A stretch of DNA of 64,000 bases, taken from Candidatus Symbiothrix sp. Its GTDB lineage: Bacteria; Bacteroidota; Bacteroidia; Bacteroidales; Azobacteroidaceae. Below are positions 58,658 to 64,000 of this stretch, piece by piece; the stretch's first letter is position 1; each line of letters starts with the position of its first letter. Location: the NCBI GenBank assembly GCA_031261285.1, contig JAISKM010000087.1:4516-68515 (forward strand), read 5' to 3'. The position numbers and the translations under genes are program-made. A model generated the notes under the pieces. That model was not told where the DNA came from. It did no database searches and saw only the letters and a program-made list of their open reading frames with translations.

Positions 58658-60373
58658 ATGATGAAGCAAAAGTTTTTTTATTTCATGATAGCAGTTTGTA
58701 TATCCGTACTTAGTACGGGTATGCAAGCTCAAATTAAGGCTTTCCCAACGGCTGAAGGCTTCGGGCAGAATGCGTCCGGTGGGCGCGGAGGTAAAGTGGT
58801 GGAAGTGACTAACTTGGACGACAATCCTGCCAATCCGTCGGCAGGCAGTTTGCGCTGGGCTTTGGCGCAATATCCGGGAGAACCTATAACGGTTGTGTTT
58901 CGCGTGTCCGGGATTATCAATCTGGCAGGTGCCAAAGCGGGCGAACTGCGTTGTAAACGCGATAATTGGACGATAGCCGGACAAACAGCACCCGGCGACG
59001 GCATTTGCATTATGGGCAATAAAGTCAACTTTGGCGGATCAAACAATCTGATTATCCGTCATCTGCGTTTTCGCATCGGCACCATGGTTGACCCCACTAC
59101 CGGTGAACCGGATGCCAGTGGAAAAGGTTCTATCGGCATCGAAAATGCCAGCAACTGGATTATGGATCATTGCACGTTTGGCTGGTCGGGCGAAGAAAAT
59201 ACCACTATCTACGACAACGTCAATACCACCGTTCAATGGTGTATCGTTCACGAAGGTTTGTATCGTTCGGGACACGGCAAAGGTGACCGCGGATACGGCT
59301 GTCAGTGGGGCGGACAAAATGCTACATTCCATCATAACCTGTTGGCACACAATTACAACCGCAGTTCCCGTTTAAACGGTGCGCGGAGTAATGACATCAA
59401 TGTGCTGATAGATTATGTCAACAATGTGAATTATAACTGGGGCAAATCCAATTCATGTTATGGCTCTGATATTGAAAAGACAAGTAATCGTACCAATTTT
59501 GTCAATAATTATTACAAACCGGGTCCTGCCCGTCCGGGTACACAATCATCTGTCTTTACGTATGCCACGAAATCATCTAATCAAACTCCGGGTGCGTATG
59601 CCAAAGGGTATATGAGTGGCAATTATATGGAAGGCTCAGCCAATACGGCTAAAAATACGAATAATTATTTAGGATTGGATATGAATGCTTTTTCGGCAGA
59701 CGTAAGAGCGGATTCTGCACTTTATATATCTAAAACTCCGTTTCCCATTGCTTATCCAGTGACCACCCAAACCGCACAAGAGGCTTATGAGAGTGTTTTA
59801 GCCGGTGCAGGCGCCTTTCCTCGCGATGCCGTAGATACGCGCATTGTGAACGAAACACGTACGGGAACGGCTTCCGGCTCGGGAGTGTTGGGTGCGAACA
59901 AAGGGATTATCGACAGTCCCGATGCAGTAGGAGGTTATCCCACGTATGTGACGGGCACGGTTCCAGCCGATTCCGATCACGACGGCATGCCCGATGCTTG
60001 GGAAACAACCAACGGTCTGAATCCCAACGATCCGACAGACGGCAATCTGGTGACAAAATCCGGCTACACGGCGTTGGAAGTCTATCTGAACGCATTGGTG
60101 GGCGAAACTATTGCATTGGATTTCGCAACAGCTATCCATCCGGTAAAAAACAATCCTTTGACTATCTCCAAACGGGATAATCAACTGTATGTTTCTGCCG
60201 GAAATACGGCTGTTTCGAGTGTCAAAATTTATAATGCAACGGGAAAAATCGTGAAAGTTAAAACAACAGGAAATCTTTCCACGATTGACTTATCCGGTCT
60301 GTCAACAGGCATTTACATTGCCGAAGCAAAGACGGTCAATAAAGAAAAACAAGTGCTAAAGTTCACGCTGTAG
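58658..60373 (+). CDS. PL1-type pectate lyase with T9SS CTD
   Basis: AFPTAEGFG..ASGGRGG, AGQTAPGDG, MDHCTFGW and DSDHDGMPD motifs; C-terminal CTD. Confidence 0.9.
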   Translation: MMKQKFFYFMIAVCISVLSTGMQAQIKAFPTAEGFGQNASGGRGGKVVEVTNLDDNPANPSAGSLRWALAQYPGEPITVVFRVSGIINLAGAKAGELRCKRDNWTIAGQTAPGDGICIMGNKVNFGGSNNLIIRHLRFRIGTMVDPTTGEPDASGKGSIGIENASNWIMDHCTFGWSGEENTTIYDNVNTTVQWCIVHEGLYRSGHGKGDRGYGCQWGGQNATFHHNLLAHNYNRSSRLNGARSNDINVLIDYVNNVNYNWGKSNSCYGSDIEKTSNRTNFVNNYYKPGPARPGTQSSVFTYATKSSNQTPGAYAKGYMSGNYMEGSANTAKNTNNYLGLDMNAFSADVRADSALYISKTPFPIAYPVTTQTAQEAYESVLAGAGAFPRDAVDTRIVNETRTGTASGSGVLGANKGIIDSPDAVGGYPTYVTGTVPADSDHDGMPDAWETTNGLNPNDPTDGNLVTKSGYTALEVYLNALVGETIALDFATAIHPVKNNPLTISKRDNQLYVSAGNTAVSSVKIYNATGKIVKVKTTGNLSTIDLSGLSTGIYIAEAKTVNKEKQVLKFTL

Positions 60374-60640
60374 CCCGTAGGGCTCACATTTTACACCCGT
60401 GAGTTTTAAACACGGGATTGATTATGGCACAAAAAGCCTGTAGGGCTGACATTTTTGTAGTCGTGGGTGTAAACCCACGGTAATGATTATAGCGAAAAGG
60501 TGTTTTGTTTGGAAAATTAGGTAGAAATGAGGTTTCAAATAAGCAACAAGGTTTAAAGCTCTTGTCAAAACATGAACGAATAAAAAAATAACCCCTAAAT
60601 CCCCTGAAGGGGACTTAAGCCCCCTAGGGGGAATGGGGGA
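60372..60640. repeat. Intergenic REP cluster
   Basis: agcccgtagggct, cccgtgagttttaaacacggg, agcctgtagggct, cgtgggtgtaaacccacg, cccctaaatcccctgaaggggac, cccctaggggg. Confidence 0.75.
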
Positions 60641-60660
60641 TAAACAAATAAAAAAATAGA

Positions 60661-62352
60661 ATGACAATGAAAAGGAATTTTTTTATTTCGGCGATTGCCT
60701 TTTTGGCATTCAGTGTGAGTGCTTTTGCGCAATACCCGAAAATCACGGACGAAGTCGCCAAACAATCCGGCGAATTGCTGCGCAAAGCGCAAGAATCGTC
60801 TGATGCTGCTTGGGCAAAAGCGTTGCCCATTATCGAACAACAAGCAAAAGAAGGAAAACCCTATATTCCTTGGGCATCTCGTCCGACGGATTTGCCACAG
60901 GCAAAAATTCCCGCATTCCCCGGAGCGCAAGGTGGTGGTGCCTATAGTTTTGGCGGTCGCGGCGGCAAAGTGATCGTGGTAACCAATTTGAACGACAGCG
61001 GTCCCGGTTCGTTCCGTGAGGCTTGCGAACAAGGTGGTGCTCGCATCATCGTATTCAATGTGGCAGGCATCATTAAATTGTCAAGTCCGGTCATTATTCG
61101 TGCACCGTATTTGACGATTGCCGGACAAACAGCTCCCGGTGATGGTATTTGTATTGCAGGCGAAACGGTTTGGTGCAACACACACGATGTCGTGATTCGT
61201 CACGTCCGTTTTCGTCGAGGCGAAACTTGGGTGGGACGTCGCGATGATTCCTTTGGCGGAAATCCTGTGGGAAATATCATGATCGACCATGTGTCAGCCA
61301 GTTGGGGCTTGGACGAAAATATCTCGTTCTATCGCCACATGTTCAATCCGGGCGACGGATCGAAAGAATTGAAATTGGGTACCGTGAACGTGACCATCCA
61401 AAATTCAATATCTGCTCAAGCATTGGATACCTACAACCATTCATTCGGAAGCACCTTGGGCGGAGAAAACGCGACGTTCATGCGTAATCTTTGGGCGAAT
61501 AACGCCGGACGAAATCCTTCTATCGGATGGAACGGTCAATTCAATTTCGTCAACAATGTGATTTATAACTGGGTGCATCGTTCTGCCGACGGCGGCGATT
61601 ACACGGCTCTCTACAACTTCATTAACAATTACTACAAACCGGGTCCTTTGACACCGAAAACGTCTCCTGTCGGATATCGTATTGTGAAACCGGAGTCGGG
61701 ACGGAGCAAGTTGGGTTACTATGTTTTTGGCCGGGTGTATGCCAACGGAAACTATGTGGACGGATTCCCCGAAGTGACTGCCGATAACTGGAATGGCGGC
61801 GTTCAAGTGCAGGAACAACCCAACACGGATGGTTACACGGCCAACATGAAATGGAACGAACCGTTACCAATCCAAAATCAGTTCCCGATTATGCCGGCAC
61901 AAGACGCTTATGCTTTCGTGCTGGATAATGTAGGGGCTAATTTCCCCAAACGGGACATCGTTGACCAACGTATTGTGGAACAAGTGCGCACCGGCAAAGT
62001 CTATTATGACAAAAGCATCGACAACGAAGACTTTTATCAATTTGAACACCGTCGCCTTAAACCCGATTCTTACAAATACGGAATCATCACCGATGTGCGT
62101 CAAGTAGGCGGTTATCCCGAATACAAGGGCACGCCTGTGCAGGATAGCGACAACGATGGGATTCCCGATGCTTGGGAAAAGAAATACGGATTGAATCCGA
62201 ATGATGCTTCCGACGCCGTAAAAGACTTGAACGGCGATGGTTATAGCAACATCGAAAAATACATCAACGGCATTGACCCCACTAAAAAAGTGGATTGGAC
62301 GAAGCCGGAAAATAATCACGATACTTTAATTGGTAAAAAAAGTTTATTTTGA
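60661..62352 (+). CDS. PL1-type pectate lyase
   Basis: AFPGAQGGG...GGRGG, AGQTAPGDG, IDHVSASWG and DSDNDGIPD motifs. Confidence 0.9.
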   Translation: MTMKRNFFISAIAFLAFSVSAFAQYPKITDEVAKQSGELLRKAQESSDAAWAKALPIIEQQAKEGKPYIPWASRPTDLPQAKIPAFPGAQGGGAYSFGGRGGKVIVVTNLNDSGPGSFREACEQGGARIIVFNVAGIIKLSSPVIIRAPYLTIAGQTAPGDGICIAGETVWCNTHDVVIRHVRFRRGETWVGRRDDSFGGNPVGNIMIDHVSASWGLDENISFYRHMFNPGDGSKELKLGTVNVTIQNSISAQALDTYNHSFGSTLGGENATFMRNLWANNAGRNPSIGWNGQFNFVNNVIYNWVHRSADGGDYTALYNFINNYYKPGPLTPKTSPVGYRIVKPESGRSKLGYYVFGRVYANGNYVDGFPEVTADNWNGGVQVQEQPNTDGYTANMKWNEPLPIQNQFPIMPAQDAYAFVLDNVGANFPKRDIVDQRIVEQVRTGKVYYDKSIDNEDFYQFEHRRLKPDSYKYGIITDVRQVGGYPEYKGTPVQDSDNDGIPDAWEKKYGLNPNDASDAVKDLNGDGYSNIEKYINGIDPTKKVDWTKPENNHDTLIGKKSLF

Positions 62353-62371
62353 TCTAATATAATTTATTTTT

Positions 62372-64000
62372 ATGAAAAAAAATCTCAAATTTTTATTTTC
62401 GTTGTTGTTGATTGTTGTTTCGATGACAACTATGGCTATTGGTGCTTCGGCGCAGCAAAGCCGAACGGTATCGGGCGTTGTGTTCGATGATGAAACTAAA
62501 GAGTCGATCATTGGAGCAAGCGTTGCTGTCCCAGGGACTTCTATCGGTATGCCTACAGATGTAGATGGAAAATTCCAGTTGTCTGTTCCATCCGATAAAT
62601 CTACTATTGTGGTTACTTACCTGGGGTATCAATCTCAAACAGTAACACTTACTGCAGGACAATCCTCTGTAACTATCAACTTAGTACCGGATGTGAAAAC
62701 GTTGGACGAATTTGTTGTGGTTGGATACGGTTCACAAAGAGTAAAGGATTTAACCGGTGCAGCATCGACGGTTCAGATGAATGAAATCGCCAATCTGCCC
62801 GGAGCTTCTATCCTTGATGCGTTAGCCGGTCAGGTTATTGGACTAAATGTGACCCAAAGCAACGGTCGTCCCGGTGCTACAGGTTCGTTTACAGTCAGAC
62901 ATCCGGCTCCTATTATGGGTTCTTCCGTAGATGGTGTGGTCAAATTCGGACCATTAATTGTCATCGACGAAGTAGTGCAGGTAAACTCTGATGGAGAACC
63001 CGATATGACTGCTTTTAACATGTTGGATCATTCTGAAATTGAAAGCATTACCGTGCTGAAAGATGCTTCTGCGGCTATTTACGGTTCGCGTGCTTCACAA
63101 GGGGTTATTTTGGTGAAAACCAAAAGAGGGAAAATTGGTAAACCAAAAATCTCTTATTCAGGTAAGTTTGATTTCTCGAATGCAGTTAGTCATGCTAAAA
63201 CAATGAGTGCGTATGAAACGGGCGTTTTTACCAATAGAATGTTTAACCAAATATACGCTAATAATGGTACGAATAACACAGCTTATAATTATTCGGATAG
63301 TGAACTGAACGCGATGAAAGGTTTGGATTACAACTGGTTGGATCGTGCTTGGCATTCGGCTTCCTCGCAGCGTCATTCGTTGTCAGTGGATGGAGGTACG
63401 GAACGGATGACCTATTTCGCCGGAATCACTTACCAAGATCAAGGAACGAATTTGGGGAGTGTACAAGATTTTGATAAATGGACGTTCCGTACAGGAGGAG
63501 AAATAAATGTGGCTGCCGGATTGAAATTATCCGCTTCTATTTCTGGTTACGGCAACACAAAAACGAATCAAAACTATCAGGCAAAAATACCCGCCGGTCC
63601 GTGGGGTAGCCAGAGTGGCGATGATGAGTATGTGCAGTTACGACACATGCCCAAGTTTATTCCGATGGAAGTGACCACCAATGAAGGTACGTTCTTTACT
63701 GCTCCGTGGGCAGGACCACATACAGTATTTAATTACACGGATGATGATCATTTCTCAGGTTATTCCCAGTGGAACTTTTTCGCTAACGAAGCTTCCAAGG
63801 CAAGAAAATACACAGATGAGAACGGGTTTAACTCAAACTTCTCACTAAGCTATGACGTTCCATTTATTAAAGGTTTGTCTCTGAAAGGAACGTATGCGAT
63901 TAGTTATACCAATACATTCAATAATGAAGTGGGCGATTACTATAAATTGGCACTTGCAACTAATACCAATGTTGCCGGTCAGCATTTGATTGGGGATTAC
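62372..64000 (+). CDS. susC: SusC/RagA TonB-dependent transporter (truncated by window end)
   Basis: Open frame from ATG 62372 to the end: carboxypeptidase-like domain, LDEFVVVGYG, LKDASAAIYGSRASQGVILVKTKRG. Confidence 0.92.
   Translation, partial: MKKNLKFLFSLLLIVVSMTTMAIGASAQQSRTVSGVVFDDETKESIIGASVAVPGTSIGMPTDVDGKFQLSVPSDKSTIVVTYLGYQSQTVTLTAGQSSVTINLVPDVKTLDEFVVVGYGSQRVKDLTGAASTVQMNEIANLPGASILDALAGQVIGLNVTQSNGRPGATGSFTVRHPAPIMGSSVDGVVKFGPLIVIDEVVQVNSDGEPDMTAFNMLDHSEIESITVLKDASAAIYGSRASQGVILVKTKRGKIGKPKISYSGKFDFSNAVSHAKTMSAYETGVFTNRMFNQIYANNGTNNTAYNYSDSELNAMKGLDYNWLDRAWHSASSQRHSLSVDGGTERMTYFAGITYQDQGTNLGSVQDFDKWTFRTGGEINVAAGLKLSASISGYGNTKTNQNYQAKIPAGPWGSQSGDDEYVQLRHMPKFIPMEVTTNEGTFFTAPWAGPHTVFNYTDDDHFSGYSQWNFFANEASKARKYTDENGFNSNFSLSYDVPFIKGLSLKGTYAISYTNTFNNEVGDYYKLALATNTNVAGQHLIGDY

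Noticed and set aside
4571-63376. Numerous antisense and alternate-frame ORFs in the track
   Set aside because: They overlap well-supported genes and show no domain motifs
1-64000. IS elements, integrases, prophage, tRNA/rRNA
   Set aside because: No transposase, recombinase, capsid/terminase or structural-RNA signatures recognised; the lone sheath gene is not enough for a prophage

Overview
Bacteroidales chromosomal segment. The TAnnTTTG promoters, T9SS C-terminal domains, SusC and FISUMP-type surface proteins fit a gut or symbiotic Bacteroidales; the exact taxon cannot be determined. Layout: a FISUMP-domain gene and a deleted paralog, plsC, purL, a ~45 kb surface-polysaccharide locus (7.1-52.6 kb), asd, and the start of a pectin PUL (T9SS protein, two PL1 lyases, susC cut by the window end). 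The locus holds wbpE/D/B, wza, wzz, wbpA, ugd, uxs, an AT-rich wzx/GT/wzy core, epimerases and two initiating transferases. Three features stand out. (1) GTAG- and CGTC-type palindromic REP elements are inserted in frame inside enzymes, six within purL alone; they also supply stop codons, C-termini and signal-peptide residues. (2) The polysaccharide locus is interleaved with co-oriented, mostly promoter-bearing toxin-antitoxin/defence-like cassettes (HipBA x2, HipBST-like, AbiE, MNT-HEPN, AAA-nucleases, YhcG, KilA-N, AlbA_2) and an orphan contractile-tail sheath gene. At two sites the cargo sits between a diverged 5' stub of a glycan gene and a full replacement allele of that gene. (3) At least six accessory genes have lost their middle but kept both ends. 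No rRNA, tRNA, CRISPR array, transposase, integrase or reverse transcriptase was found. Family assignments come from motif recognition, not database searches.
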